Shown here in pieces: positions 24,801 to 38,199 of a DNA stretch of 64,000 nt. Under the pieces are notes generated by a model, which searched no databases, was not told the DNA's origin, and was given only the letters and a program-made list of their open reading frames with translations. Source of the stretch: Octopus sinensis (Eukaryota); NCBI RefSeq assembly GCF_006345805.1, contig NC_042998.1, forward strand, positions 134,726,001 through 134,790,000, read 5' to 3'. Position 1 is the first letter of the stretch. Each line of letters begins with the position of its first letter. Position numbers and translations under genes: made by a program.

Positions 24801-25129
24801 CGGGACACATGTTAAACCCCAAGGTATGTTTTCTGCGTTAATTTCTATGTACAGAAATGTTCTCCCGGCGAGAATAATGGAACCTTTTTGGTTCCTAACT
24901 TCGAAATTGCAATGGAGGACTAACCTTTTATTTTTATTTAAATTCTGAATTTTATGTCGTGTCGCCTGCCAACAACAACTATTATTGTGAAGAGATATAA
25001 TATGAGTGGTTATAATAGCTTTATAGCGGTTTTGACTGGTATTTCTAGACGTGTAAGGGTTTTTTTTATAACCCTCTCCGTTATAATTACGATTTATTCA
25101 CAATTATACACTCTTCTTATGTGTATATA

Positions 25130-25470
25130 TCTGAGAACCCCTTCGGTCACGACACAGACCATGGGATTACACCTAGAAAGTTAGCCTCCAAGGCACAATT
25201 CCGGGCAAGGTTGTTTATGGAAGACCAGCAGTCGCCCATGCATATCGGCCTCCCCTCTCTACGCCACCAGTGTTATGCAAGGAAAAGGCAAAGGTCGATA
25301 CAGCTTGGCACCAGTGACGTCGCAATTCATTTTTACAGCTGAGTGAACTGGAGCAACGTGAAATAAAGTGTCTTGCTCAAGAACACAACACGCAGCCCGG
25401 TCCGGAATTCGAGCTCACAACCTCACGATCGTAAGCTCGACGCTCTAACCGCTGGGCCATGCGACTTCAC
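25130..25470 (-). mobile_element. tRNA-derived SINE with conserved central domain
   Basis: Minus strand TGGCCCAGCGGTTAG...GAATTCC followed by GTGTTCTTGAGCAAGACACTT...CAGCTGTA. Confidence 0.7.
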
Positions 25471-25496
25471 ATATGTATGTGTGTGTGTGTGTGTGG

Positions 25497-25547
<51 letters not shown>

Positions 25548-25579
25548 ATGTATGTATGTATGTATGTTTGTATTATCTC

Positions 25580-25810
25580 CCCTTCTTCCTAGATCTCCTG
25601 TGTAACCCCTCTGTCCGGCATTCGCTATCATAGATCGCTAGCCACAACACATTCTTTATTTTCTCTCCTTGTTTCTTTCTGTTTTCCTTTTTGCGGAAGA
25701 GCGTAGGCTCAAAACATTAAAGACTTTTTCACTTCCCGAGCGTTAAACTAATAGATCTGTTTGTTGTCTACAGCACCTGTCTTCGTCTTTTTTGTATGTG
25801 AATTCTTATA
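25580..25810 (+). mobile_element. pLTR-like repeat with decayed HHR (family of 56645-56810)
   Basis: GAAGAGCGTAGGCTC(A)AAAC and flanks match 56679-56760, but the core is mutated. Confidence 0.55.
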
Positions 25811-26251
25811 TATATGTATGCATAATTATTCATGTATATAAATATACGTGTGTGTGTATGTATGTATGTATGTATGTATGTATGTATGTATGTATGTATG
25901 TATGTATGTATGTGTAAGAATTAACTCTTCCTTCTCTAATATATGCATATGTATGTGTATGTATATATATGTGTGTGTTAGGTGTGATGTAGAGAAATTG
26001 AATATTGAGAAAAAAAGTCGTCAGAATTTGGGAAAAAATCCTTTTATTAGCGCTTTCGTTCCTTTCTAGAACTTGTCAAATGAAATTATGTGAATGTACA
26101 AACAGTTTGTTTATTTATATGAAACAGATGTTTTTGGGGGGTAGGGGAGGATTGTATAGAAGAGAATACTGTTATTGTTTTTTGGGGTGAAGTTCTATGA
26201 CAATGGAGATGGTTAGATGGAAATATAGGTAGGTAAATAGGCTCATAGATA

Positions 26252-29200
26252 TGTTTCTTTATTAGCCACACAGGGCAGCACACAAACGGGACAAATTACA
26301 AGGTAGAGCTTTTCTTTTGGGGGAGAAAAAAAAGTGGGGTAGGTTTTCGATCAAAAGGTATCGTAAAAAGGAAAGAAAAAGGAAAGGGAAAGAGGAAAGC
26401 AAAAAAAAAAAACGAAAAGAAAAAAATCGATCAATAGGGATCGTGTATCACATAAATGTCATGATATAAAGTGTAAAGGGGGAAACAGGTGAGGTTTATC
26501 TGTGGAAAAAAAGCCTGCGGAAAAGACCACGGTAACCTCAGTCAATAATGTCACATGTTAGCACATTTATTTGCAAGTAAGTAACTTGCTGTTTTAAATT
26601 TTCCGGGTTCATAGGATCATACTCAAGGTGACTTCGTCATTCATACGTGCCAGCCTTGCTACATTCACCCATCTTTTTTTTAAACATTCGCTTGACAAAA
26701 CTTGCCTCTCTACTCTCATTTTCCTTTTCAAGTGATACTTGAAGAAGTTGATGAGAGATTGACCAGAGAGGAAAGTGTTTGTCTCTAATCCTTTCAGACG
26801 CGTCCACCAGATACATTCTTTCGCCATGGCCACAAGTATGATGAAAATAGCTCTTCGTTCCCGTTTGAAGGAAGGAGGCGTGACGATATTGACAATAGAG
26901 TCGGCTGATAAACCGACTCGTCTTACACGTGACAGCAGTCGTTCGACATAAGCCCACAGGTCGGAAGTGGTTGGACACTGCACGAGTGCGTGCAGAACGG
27001 TTTCGTCGCTCTGACCGCATCTCGGGCAGGTCGGCCCCGTGTTTTTCGAGCCATGTCTGTAGAGCTTATCCCGAACGGGTAGCGCTTCTCGGTAGCACTG
27101 CCAGGCCAGGGATCTCTGGAAGTTGTCCATAGGTCCCGGCCCGAAAGTCGTCTTAAACAGGCAGGTCAGGTATTCCTCGTCGACGCTCAGGTTCGCCCCG
27201 AGATCGTCGTCGTACCTCCCCGTCACTAATCCCCTATAGAATGCTTTAGTTGTGTTGAAGTCACTCAAGGTCGACCCGGGACGGCATAGTTGCTTGAGAG
27301 CAACGCGACACTTGCGGTGCCATTCGCCCTTCTTCAGCCTCTTTTTGATCCACGACTGTAGTTCGGCCATGGAGACGAGCTGCGGGAAAGTGTGCCTCAC
27401 AAACGGCGACCACACCTGTTCACCGTCGTCTACGTAGAGCGGGAGGTGTCGCAGTCTCAGCGCGTGTCTGCGCATCATCAACCACGGCGTGCCCAGCCCT
27501 CCTTTTAACGGGCGTTGACAGCAAATGGATCGCCTGACCATCGGGACGCATCCTTTCCACAAGAAGCGGAAGAGAATGCGTTCTAATTTGGTGATGGTAG
27601 GGTCGGGACAAGGTACGACGGTCAGGCGGTAGTAGATGACGGACGCGATGTACGTGTTCGCCACCTCTTCCCGACCTTTTACGGACAGTTTCCTCTCGGC
27701 CCATTGCCGGGAGAGAGTGACCACCTTACTCGTTATCTCGTTCCAGTTCTCCATTTGGAGGTCCGGACCGAACCAAACCCCGAGCAACTCGACCGGGCCG
27801 TTTGTCCAGCGTCCCACGACGGATGCTCTGGTGGACGGCATGGGCTTGCTTTTCCAGGTGCCGAGCCGCAAACCCACTGACTTTTCCCGGTTGATTTTCG
27901 CTCCTGTCACCGCTTCGTAGTCTTTCAGTGTCTCGCCGACCAGCTCGATGTGCTTGTGGCTTGACACTATGACTGTGACGTCGTCCGCGTATGCAGACAC
28001 GCTCGTCCCGCATCCCAGTTCTTGCGGGATGCCCCTCAGAGTCGCCAGCTTCCGCAGTAGTGGCTCGGGAGTCAATACGTATAGAAGCGACGAGAGGGGG
28101 CATCCCTGACAGACCGAACGTGCAATGTCGAAAGGTCTCGATAGATGTCCATTTACGTGAATTACCAAAAGGATAATTCTGTACAAAGGAGCTATCCAGC
28201 CGCGGAAAACGGGACCGAAACCAGCCGCTCTGAGGACTGCCTCCAAGTAGCGATGGTCTACCCTATCGAAAGCTTTTGATTGATCCAAATTGATCAGGGC
28301 TCCACCCATGCCAGGTTCCTTAACTACCTTGTCTATGATGTAGCGCACCAGATGGAGGTTGTCATGGATACTCCGGCCCGGCACGGCGCACGTTTGTGCC
28401 TTGTCGACCAGTTTCTCGATGACAAGCGCCAACTTCTTAGCTAACACCTTGGCCAAAATTTTCAAGCCTGCATTGAGCAGAGTGATGGGCCTAAAGTTAC
28501 TTATAATGTCCTCCTTGTTTGGATCTTTCTTCAGCAGCGTTACGGCTCCTCGACTCACAAAACCGGGTATGCTCCCGTTTTGCTGCCAGCTGCAATACAC
28601 CGTTGCCAAGATGTCTCCAAACAAGTCTTGCATACAATTGTAAAACTCGTAGGGCAGACCATCCAGACCCGGCGATTTGTCCCTCGAGCATCCTGCCATC
28701 ACATCCCTCACTTCCGCCGTCGTGATGGCACCTTCGCAGCACTCTGCCTCTCTTGCCGAGAATCGTGGCAGGCTGTGCAGGTAGGCACTGAAGTCCACCC
28801 TGCGTTTACGCTCGCCACTCGTCCCGTACAGTCGGGCAAAATGCCACTGAAATACCTCGCACATCTTGCTGGGCTCGAGCAATTCGCGCCTTGTTCGTCT
28901 ACCAGAGACAGAATGGTGGCTTTGTTACCCTGCTGCGCCTCCACCACCCGGGCTTCTCTCGCGGCTCCAACACGCATCCTAGTCCTAACAGCACACTCTT
29001 CGTGTTTGGCGTTGAAGTGTTGGTCGAGGGCCAACCTCGCCGCCAAAACGTCTGATGCGATGCCGCTTCTTATTGCCTCTTCTAACTTCTTAACTAACTC
29101 ACCCTCTACTCTGTTTCTATCTACGCCTAGTGCCTTGCTATATCTAATTGCTTCCGCTTTTACGGCTCTCTTGAGGGCGAACCACCATTTGCTGTTGACG

Positions 29201-29561
29201 ATGGATCCCGTCAAAGCCCTCTTTACTAACGTGCTGATTCTGTCTCTGAAAACCTGTCTGGGCGGGAAAGATGCGTTTAGTTTCCAGTAACCGGGACCCT
29301 GCCTATGTGCCTTATCTAAGTCTAGCGTACACGTCACGAATTTGTGATCCGTGTAGCTGACAGTGTGGAATTGTGGACATCCTAAGTTATCCTTGTCTAC
29401 TGTCCTACACAGTATCCTATCTAGATACGATCTCAATGACCCACTGCGGTTGCTCCACGTCCACGCTGGTGCATTTGGGTAGTCGAGTCGGTACCTGTCA
29501 GACAGTTGGAATCGTCTGAGCAGGTCTCTGAGGCATTTGCATCCCCGTCTGTTTTTGTCTG
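26252..29561 (-). mobile_element. Tx1/L1-like LINE, 5'-truncated within the APE domain, 9-bp TSD TCATAGATA
   Basis: TSD at 26243-26251 and 29562-29570. 3' end AATAAAGAAACAT. APE remnant (RSYLDRI, TDHK) is frameshifted relative to RT. Confidence 0.9.
26609..28882 (-). CDS. Tx1-like ORF2 RT and C-terminal zinc finger (disrupted)
   Basis: KSPGLDGLP, FRPITLLN, LDQSKAFDRVDH, QGCPLS, YADD, CPRCGQSDETVLHALVQC. Confidence 0.88.
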   Translation of the reverse strand: MLEPSKMCEVFQWHFARLYGTSGERKRRVDFSAYLHSLPRFSAREAECCEGAITTAEVRDVMAGCSRDKSPGLDGLPYEFYNCMQDLFGDILATVYCSWQQNGSIPGFVSRGAVTLLKKDPNKEDIISNFRPITLLNAGLKILAKVLAKKLALVIEKLVDKAQTCAVPGRSIHDNLHLVRYIIDKVVKEPGMGGALINLDQSKAFDRVDHRYLEAVLRAAGFGPVFRGWIAPLYRIILLVIHVNGHLSRPFDIARSVCQGCPLSSLLYVLTPEPLLRKLATLRGIPQELGCGTSVSAYADDVTVIVSSHKHIELVGETLKDYEAVTGAKINREKSVGLRLGTWKSKPMPSTRASVVGRWTNGPVELLGVWFGPDLQMENWNEITSKVVTLSRQWAERKLSVKGREEVANTYIASVIYYRLTVVPCPDPTITKLERILFRFLWKGCVPMVRRSICCQRPLKGGLGTPWLMMRRHALRLRHLPLYVDDGEQVWSPFVRHTFPQLVSMAELQSWIKKRLKKGEWHRKCRVALKQLCRPGSTLSDFNTTKAFYRGLVTGRYDDDLGANLSVDEEYLTCLFKTTFGPGPMDNFQRSLAWQCYREALPVRDKLYRHGSKNTGPTCPRCGQSDETVLHALVQCPTTSDLWAYVERLLSRVRRVGLSADSIVNIVTPPSFKRERRAIFIILVAMAKECIWWTRLKGLETNTFLSGQSLINFFKYHLKRKMRVERQVLSSECLKKRWVNVARLARMNDEVTLSMIL

Positions 29562-29563
29562 TC

Positions 29564-29676
<113 letters not shown>

Positions 29677-30589
29677 TACGTAGAGGGGAAGAGAGAGAGA
29701 AGGGATATCTACCTTCCTATTCACCATTTATTTATTTATTTATCTAGTCCTTTACCATTGTATTGGAATGGGTTTAAGGATGGTAACCTCCAAAAAAAAT
29801 AGGTGCGGTTTGGTCATCACTGAAAGTCAATTTGTTTTCTTTCTCTCTTCACCCTTCTTTTTCCTTTTTTCTTTTCCTCTTCCTTCTTTTTGCCTTCCTT
29901 TTTTCTCCTCTTTGAGTTATATTTAGAATATACCCTTTTCAAACATTCATTTTTTGATAAAGTGTAGTTCTGTATGAAAATACATTAGTATCATATTTGC
30001 AAATTAACAATTTGAAAGTTCAATCAGTAAATAAGATAAAACGAAGATATATATATATATATACATAACAAAGTGCAGTTGTAAGGTACCGCACGAGTGG
30101 AATTATATATGAAAGAAGGTTTGAAAATGCAATTTTAAAAGATGTTTATTTACTTTACCGGTTTCACTTTTTTAGAAAAAGATTGTCAAAAGTAACATGT
30201 AAAAGCTTGGTTGTGTTAGGTACTGGTTATCACAAAATATTACAATATACATATACATTCTTTGATAATAAGAACATGTTAAGAACAGTTTACAAAGGAA
30301 AATCTTGGGAATATATAAAAAAAGTTTAACAAGTTCATTAAAATATTGGGCACAAAAGATTACAAAATATATATACATTTTGAAGAAAATGTTAAAGACA
30401 GTTTCCAGAAAGAATTATTAAAAAGTTCAGTGGAATATTGGTATTGTATTTGTATATATATACACAGAATATTATGAGTTCAAAAAGTTTACATTTTAGT
30501 AGTAGGGTAGTTTTAACTGAGTCTTTTAGGAAAACATGGTGAATCAGGTCAGTTAAAACAACCCTACTACTAAAATGTAAACTTTTTTG

Positions 30590-31185
30590 AACTTGAAGAA
30601 GTTGATGAGAGATTGACCAGAGAGGAAAGTGTTTGTCTCTAATCCTTTCAGAAGCGTCCACCAGATACATTCTGAAAGGATTGGAGACAAACACTTTCTT
30701 CTCTGGTCAATCTCTTATCAACTTCTTCAAGTATCACTTGAAAAGGAAAGTGAGAGTAGAGAGGCAAGTTTTGTCTAGCGAATGTTTCAAAAAAAGATGG
30801 GTGAATGTAGCAAGGATGGAACGTATGAATGACGAAGCCACCTTGAGCATAATCCTATGAACCCGGAAAATTTAAAACAGAGGGTTACCTACTTGCAAAC
30901 AAATGTGTTAACATGTAACATCATTGACCGAGGTTACCGTGGTCTTTTCCGTGGGCTTTTCTTCCCACAGATAAACCTTATCTACTTCCCCCTTTACACT
31001 TTACACCATGACACTGTGATACATGATCCCTAGTGATCTTTTTTTCTTCTTCTTTCCTTTTTACGGTCCCTTTTGATGGAAAACCTAACCCACCTTTTTT
31101 TTTCTCCCCCAAAAAGAAAAGCTCTACTTTGTAATCTGTCCTGTCTGTGTGCAGCCCTGTGTGGCTAGTAAAGAAACATTGCTTA
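30590..31185 (+). mobile_element. Short 3' fragment of the same Tx1-like family with 5' fold-back
   Basis: 30672-31185 matches 26252-26800 reversed. 30590-30650 is the inverse of 30671-30735. Confidence 0.85.
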
Positions 31186-32635
31186 ATTTATGTATCATTT
31201 ATTTGAAATATATATATACATATAGTTTAATATAGGTTTGTGCGTAGTTGTGTCCTTAACAAAGTCACTTCAGTGCTTTCTGGTACATTTAACTCAACAT
31301 CATGAAAAGCATTTAATTAGCATAGGCTTCAATAGTTGACAATAAAACATTTCAGTGATTCTTCCTGTCAAAAGATCGCATGAAAGTGAAAGTGGTTTCC
31401 TTCAAAATGAAACTATCGGGAAACAAAGTAAATATTTGAACTCTCAAAATACGCTTAGGGCAAACATAATCATCACCGGGGCTACGCGGTAACCAACTTC
31501 GTTCTTTCTTCTTCTGTATCTGCTCCAGAATATCTTGTAGATGGAGCACTCAGTCTCTTCTTCCGAATCATCTACAATATCATGATCACCGTCACTGTCG
31601 TCACATTCCATACTACCTGTTTTCTGCCATTTTGGAGAAAGTGACTCACTTTCGTTTTCACTCTTAGGCGCTTCTGCCTCAACTTTCAAGCGTTTGAAAG
31701 CCTCAGTAGATGTCAAGACTTTTCAATGGAAAGCTTGGACACAGCACCTGTTCTTGTTGGAGTTTGTGACTGAAATTCTGGTTTCAGCTGATTTTGCAAG
31801 GGAAATGGCTGAACATATTGCCTCACGCAAGAGCTTTCTCAGGCCATTGAATAATAACTTAGTGAAACTTGAAGAGGACCCTTGCTCTGGCTCCCCTAAG
31901 ATACCAACTTCTTTGCCACCTACAGCCGATCGATTTTTGTTGTTGCTGATGTTGATGATGATGATGATGATGATGAAATAAATTAAATTTTTCCCAACGT
32001 TTAACACAACTAGCACAGTCATGTATGTTTCCAGAAAATGCGATATTTGCTCCAAACGATTTGGTTGTTGTTAAAACAACCATTGCACAAATCATTAACA
32101 ATTGCATCGAGGTAGATTTGTCTACAAGTCTATGGACACAGTTTTAGATCCCAAAGAAACTTAAGTTTTAGATCTCAAAGAAAAGCTACGCATGGCAAGT
32201 TGAGAAGGCTGCAAGAAGCTGAGAGTTACATTGTTGATAATTTCAGAAAATAAATGGACACAAGAAATAGTTCATATTTATCATAACTTTTGTTTGATAT
32301 TTACGAAGTTCAGCGCAAATCTGACGAATTGAAGTAAATACAATATGTTAGTCCATGAGAGAATTTTTTGCCGTTGTAGTTCTTATGATATTTTTATCTT
32401 CTGCGTGTGTGTGGTATGTCTATGTTGCTAAGTGTGATAGTTGGTTATAATTGATGTCCTCTGTAGTTGCTGATAAGAAGGGAGACAATGAAATTGTTCG
32501 GTGATATTTTATTTATTTACCTTTTTCTTATTTTTACTTGACAAAAAGGGGTGTATATAGATGGACTTCTGACATATCTGTAATGGTGGCTTCCAGCTGG
32601 CGAAAATTACATAATTTTAAATGCCTGTAACATTA

Positions 32636-32700
<65 letters not shown>

Positions 32701-32705
<5 letters not shown>

Positions 32706-33610
32706 TAGTTTTATTTTTATAATGTACTTTCACTTCACTAGCGAGCGCAGCTCTGTGTGCCTTGGGTATGTACTGTGGTTTGCTTGTGATGCTCTTATAG
32801 TTACTGTATTGAAAGTGTTTTGCGTAGGATATGTGAAGTGCCCAGGAGTGCAATTTTCTGTATATTGTATATATTTGTAAGTCCTGGTGTTTTTGTTATG
32901 TATTTATCTGAATATTTTTTATCATACCTAATGCACTCACTATGATAGGAATTGTTTCTGTTTTTAAATTCCACATTCGAGTTACAGGTCTTTGTATATT
33001 GAAAGTTTCTCCATTTCTTTTAGAGAAACGTTGTCATCTGCTGGTATTGATACATCAATAAGAAAGCTTTTTTTTTCTTCGTGATCTCTGACAACTATAT
33101 CTGGCCTATTGGCCTTAATTTCTATATCTGTATGTATTGGCATATCCCAGAGTATGGTTGCTTTCTCGTTTTCTGTTACCTTTTCTGGCGTGTGCTTATA
33201 CCAGCTTTTTTCTGTTGTTAATCCATAGTGTTGGCATAGCTTCCAGTGTATGTAGGTCCCAACTTTGTCCTGTGTGTGAATATATTCCTTCTTAACCAGG
33301 ACTGGGCAGCCAGAGATAATATCATTTGTTGTCCATCTCCACATATTCTGCAGTTACTTGATATGTTTCTTTTCATTATATGTTTTTGGTAATTTCTGGT
33401 GGGGAGGCTTTGGTCTTGTGCTGCAATTAAAAATCTTTCAGTCTCTGCTTTGAGCTTCTCAACCATTACTGGGATTTTTCTCTGTCTATTTCTTTTGCGT
33501 TTATTTTAGCCTAGTATTTGCCACGAAGGGGCTTTTCTTGTCATCGTTTTATCAAGGTCCGTTGCTGTTCTAGTTTTAGTATGGATTTCATTTGTTTTAT
33601 AGCTTTTGTT
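32701..33610 (-). mobile_element. R4/Dong-like RLE LINE 3' fragment
   Basis: ETERFLIAAQDQSL, CRIC...IISGC, NRPDIVV...LIDVSIP. The 3' end abuts (TAA)n and the 5' end abuts (GAA)n. Confidence 0.85.
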
Positions 33611-33732
33611 TCTTCTTCTTCTTCTTCTTCTTCTTCTTCTTCTTCTTCTTCTTCTTCTTCTTCTTCTTCTTCTTCTTCTTCTTCTTCTTCTTCTTCTTCT
33701 TCTTCTTCTTCTTCTTCTTCTTCTTCTTCTTC
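33610..33732. repeat. (TTC)n, about 40 perfect units
   Basis: Directly visible. Confidence 0.97.
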
Positions 33733-34394
33733 ATATGTGTCGTCAACATGCAAAACTACATCGGTATAGAAATTTTTCAAAAATCAGCTGAAAATTTTTA
33801 ATAATTTAAAGATCCGAAATTGGTAATAATCTGTCTGTCGTTCACCATGTCTATAGACACTTTCTCGCTACTTGGGCGGTGTTAATTCGCTGTGCAACCC
33901 AGACTATACTTTATTTTTTAAAAGTATTCTCTTTTTCTCTTTTTTTTATTTTTTATTATTTTTTTACTTGTTTCAGTCATTTTGACTGCGGTCATGCTGG
34001 AGCACCGCCTTTAATCGAGCAGCTCGACCCCGGGACTTATTCTTTGTAAGCCCAGTACTTATTCTATCGGTCTCTTTTGCCGAACCGCTAAGTGACGGGG
34101 ACATAAACACACCAGCATCGGTTGTCAAGCAATGCTAGGGAGACAAACACAGACACACAAACATACACGCACACACACACATATATATATAAATATACAT
34201 ATATATGACGGGCTTCCGTCTACCAAATCCACTCACAGGGCTTTGGTCGGCTCGAGGCTATAGTAGAAGACACTTGCCCAATGTGCCACGCAGTGGGACT
34301 GAACCCGGAACCATGTGGTTGGTAAACAAGCTACTTACCACACAGCCACTCCTGCGCCTATTCTGTTAATATTTCAAAAACAGAATGTGCGCGT

Positions 34395-34437
<43 letters not shown>

Positions 34438-35425
34438 TTAAACGCTTACTCGCTAGTAAACAGATTGTTCCTTCCTGACGGCATACAGTTTTACATTATT
34501 GTGCGACAAGAAACTATGCATTGTGTTTTAAACCTCCATTCCCTTCTTTCAAAAGCCCAAGCAGAAATTAATTCTGTGTTTGACGCCTATTCGTCTACAT
34601 CACTTTCTAGGTAGCCATCTTGTAGTTGGTCTTATGGTTTAGCTTCAGCTGAGCCACGCAGTTGCTTTTATCTAGATTATTTACATTTACTATTTATTTA
34701 CGCTTTGTAACGCCTGCTAAATATCACATATCCATTTTACTTCTACCATTGATATTTATTTATTTTTAACATTTTTTTTTGTATTTTTGAAGTAGAAATA
34801 ACAAACAGATAAATGAATACACAAATAAAGTGTCACCTAGCAAATCCCGTCTCTTCTTACCAGTACCTGCATAGAACCTCAAATATACCCAGCCATGAAA
34901 CATAGTAACATAGATATATCACACACACACAAGACTGAAATACTAGAAATTACATACCGCGCTTCAGATGAATATCACAATTGGCTTAAAAGGAAAATAC
35001 AGCAATAATAGAGTACGAAAAATACATTTGATTCACCGTTCATTATTGCAAACTTTTCTCTGAATCTCGTCACATTAAACCACAAAGAACTGAAAAGAAC
35101 TCAGTTCACTATACATCAGAACAGTTTGTACACTGGCAACACTTAAGGATCACCTACATAACGATGTAGAAACAGTAAACGGAAAAGGTCGCCATTATAC
35201 TAGTCGCTCTTACACGAAAAATCACCAGCGAACACCTGCAAGGAACCCTTATGAAGTTCCTTCGTTACCTCTGGATGGAACTCCCTCTGTTGGGGAAATT
35301 TGTTATAAGATTTTTGATAATTGTCATTGCTTTTATTATTTATATATTCTCTGTAAATCCCCACTGTCCTTTGTCTTTGGATTGCGCTAAATGTTTTCAC
35401 GGTCTTTGTGGCCAATAACAAAAGG

Positions 35426-35464
<39 letters not shown>

Positions 35465-35504
35465 TTCATCATTATTATTATTGCTGTTGTTGTTAAAGCA
35501 GCAA

Positions 35505-35950
35505 GCTGGCAGAATCGTTAGCACGCCGGGTAAAATGCTTAGCGGTATTTCGTCTGCCGCTACGTTCAGAGTTCAAATTCCGCCGAGGTCGACTTTGCCT
35601 TTCATCCTTTCGGGGTCGATTAAATAAGTACCAGTTACGCACTGGGGTCGATATAATCGACTTAATCCGTTTGTCTGTCCTTGTTTGTCTTCTCTGTGTT
35701 TAGCCTCTTGTAGGTAGTAAAGAAATAGGTATTTCGTCTGCCGTTACGTTCTGAGTTCAAATTCCGCCGAGGTCGACTTTGCCTTTCATCCTTTCGGGGT
35801 CGATTAAATAAGTACCAGTTACTCACTGGGGTCGATATAATCGACTCAATCCGTTTGTCTGTCCTTGTTTGTCCTCTCTGTGTTTAGCCCCTTGTGGGTA
35901 GTAAAGAAATAGGTATTTCGACTGCCACTACGTTTTGAGTTCTAATTCTG
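35505..35950 (+). mobile_element. tRNA-derived SINE with about 2.5 tandem 180-bp bodies
   Basis: ...AAAGAAATAGGTATTTCG... joins repeated units. Confidence 0.8.
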
Positions 35951-36049
35951 CTGAGATCGATGATTAATACTCTCATCTGCAAATTCTATATTTGCTGCCA
36001 GACTGAGTTTTGTCGAACTTTGCCTTGAATAGATTTGAGTAGATCAATC

Positions 36050-36772
36050 GTAGACCAAGGCAGGGTGCCTCGCGCCTAGAGTGTCGTCAGTTGCCCACAC
36101 TCCTCTGTCAGTCGGACAATGCAGTCGGTGGAAATTCCAATATGAGAGTTAGTGACAGGTAAGTGCGACGACGTTCTCAGGGAGACTCGACAAGAACGAG
36201 TTGACTGGCCTGTTCTGGAGTACTTCCGGCCGGGGCCTATGGATAATTTTCAGAAATCCTTGGCCTGGCAGTGCTATCGGGGGCACAGACTGTCCGAGAT
36301 AAATTCTACAGGCAAGGAACTGCAGTCAGCCGGGCTTGCCCGAGATGCGCGCAGAACGACGAAACCGTTCTGCACACTCTTGTCCAATGCCCGAGTATTT
36401 CTGACGTGTGTGTTTATGTCGAACACTTGCTGTCGTGTGTAGAATGAATCCGGCTATATTCTGAAACCATTGTGTAGATAGTTCCGCTGCCTTCCTTTGG
36501 CCGGGAAAGGCAGGCTGTTTTTCTTTGCCTGGTAGCCCTAGCAAAAGAGGTTATGTGGAGGGTGAGACTGAAATGGCTGAAGGCAGACACTTTCCCCTTC
36601 GGCCAAGCTCTCATCAACTTTTTCAAATTTCTCTTGAAAAGAAAAGTGAGGGTGGAGAGGGAAGTTCTTCCCCCCAGCAATTTTGTAACCTTTCATGTAA
36701 CCTCACATTGTATTTGTCCTCTGTTATCCATAATGCGTTTTTTTTGTAAACCCTTTGTGGTTAATAAAGAAA
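36050..36772 (+). mobile_element. Diverged Tx1-like 3' fragment
   Basis: PGPMDNFQKSLAWQCYR and FGQALINFFKFLLKRKVRVER. Ends AATAAAGAAA followed by (ATC)n(ATT)n. Confidence 0.8.
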
Positions 36773-36803
36773 TCATCATCATCATTATTATTACTATTAT
36801 TAC

Positions 36804-36866
<63 letters not shown>

Positions 36867-37224
36867 CATCATCATTATCATTATTATTATTATCATTATT
36901 ATCAGTCATTAAGGGACATGCTAAACTGGTTATGGTCAAACAACTGACAAGCAATCTGTGGTATTGAGCAGCATGTTTGTTGTAGCTCATCTTTTATACC
37001 GGGATAAAACAATGTACATGATAACACTTCCAATTAGTTAAGATCAAAAGCCATGAGCCACTGCTTTTATTATCATTATTGTTGTTGTTGTTGTTGTTGT
37101 TATCGTTGTTGTCGTCGTCGTCGTTGTTGTTGTTGTTGTTGAGTGAGAGAGCGGTGCATGCCATCAAAGTGACACCGGGGTAAAATTTACACGCAACATC
37201 AACTATATAGCACATGTGGTGCAT

Positions 37225-37620
37225 TTTGTTGACCACTATTAGGTCCGTTATGCTGAAGCACTTGATCTGTGTGGACTAGGAAATCCCAGAGGATTTTGCT
37301 AGTCTCCGACTCCGTCACTCTCTGCGGTTTGTGCTCATACCACGTTTTGCCTCTCTCTAGTCCCCACTTTTCGCACAGTTTGTAATGTAGCACTTTCGCC
37401 ACAACTTGTAGTGGTTTTGGGCAAGGCTAGGGTATTCGTTCGTGATATGGGCAATGGTTTCATCTACTCTATTACACATGTGACGCAGCGGAGACACTTG
37501 CTCATTCCTAAGGTCGTCCCTCCAGTTCGTGGCCCAAGCTTGGTCTTGCTCTGCCAGTATAGTGCTCTCGGTCTCTTTTTAGTGTTCCTTTCTTCAGCCG
37601 TTTCCACATATGGGTTTTAT
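37225..37620 (-). mobile_element. R4/Dong-like fragment
   Basis: AKVLHYKLCEKWGL...WYEHKPQRVTE...ILWDF. Confidence 0.75.
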
Positions 37621-37789
37621 GCATGAACTAAATAGCAAAATTTTTGCTATTATCATCATCATCATCATCATCATAATCATCTATGGTTTCCTTTCATTAT
37701 AACTTTACTTCAGCCACCTAAGTACCAGGCCAAGAGTAGCAAAAGCACTTTTGTTTTGCTAGGCATGCTAAACTTATCGCCACATTTAT

Positions 37790-38145
37790 TCCATTTTAGA
37801 TGGAGTGTGCTTTCCGTAGTATATGGGCTGTACCCATCAAAGTTATCTTTTGTAGTTCACGGAGATTGGAGTTACATGGGAGTTGCTTAATATACTTCTC
37901 AGTTCCCTTCTTTATCATTCCCAACGTACCAATTATTACTGGTATTATCGTAGTACTATGCTTCCACATTCTTATGATTTCAATTTGTAGATCTTTATAG
38001 TGAGAAAGCTTTTCGTATTCTTTTCTTGAGACATTTTGATCTTGTTGGACTATTAATAAACAAGTTCTTCTATTGTAGTCTTTGATCACAATGTCTGGTC
38101 GATTGGAGTCAATTTCTCTGTCTGTTTGTATTGGGAAGTTCCAAT
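37790..38145 (-). mobile_element. R4/Dong-like RLE 3' fragment
   Basis: EKLSHYKDLQIEIIRMW...IPVIIGTLGMI...LMGTAHILRK. Confidence 0.8.
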
Positions 38146-38199
38146 GATGGTGGCGCCCTCGCCTGTACCACTTATCATGGGATTTATCATTATCATCAT

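Noticed and set aside
31444-31920. Acidic 90-aa ORF (possible piggyBac N-terminus) and LEEDPCSGSP (mariner-like)
   Set aside because: Too short and degenerate, with no TIR, TSD or catalytic motif found.
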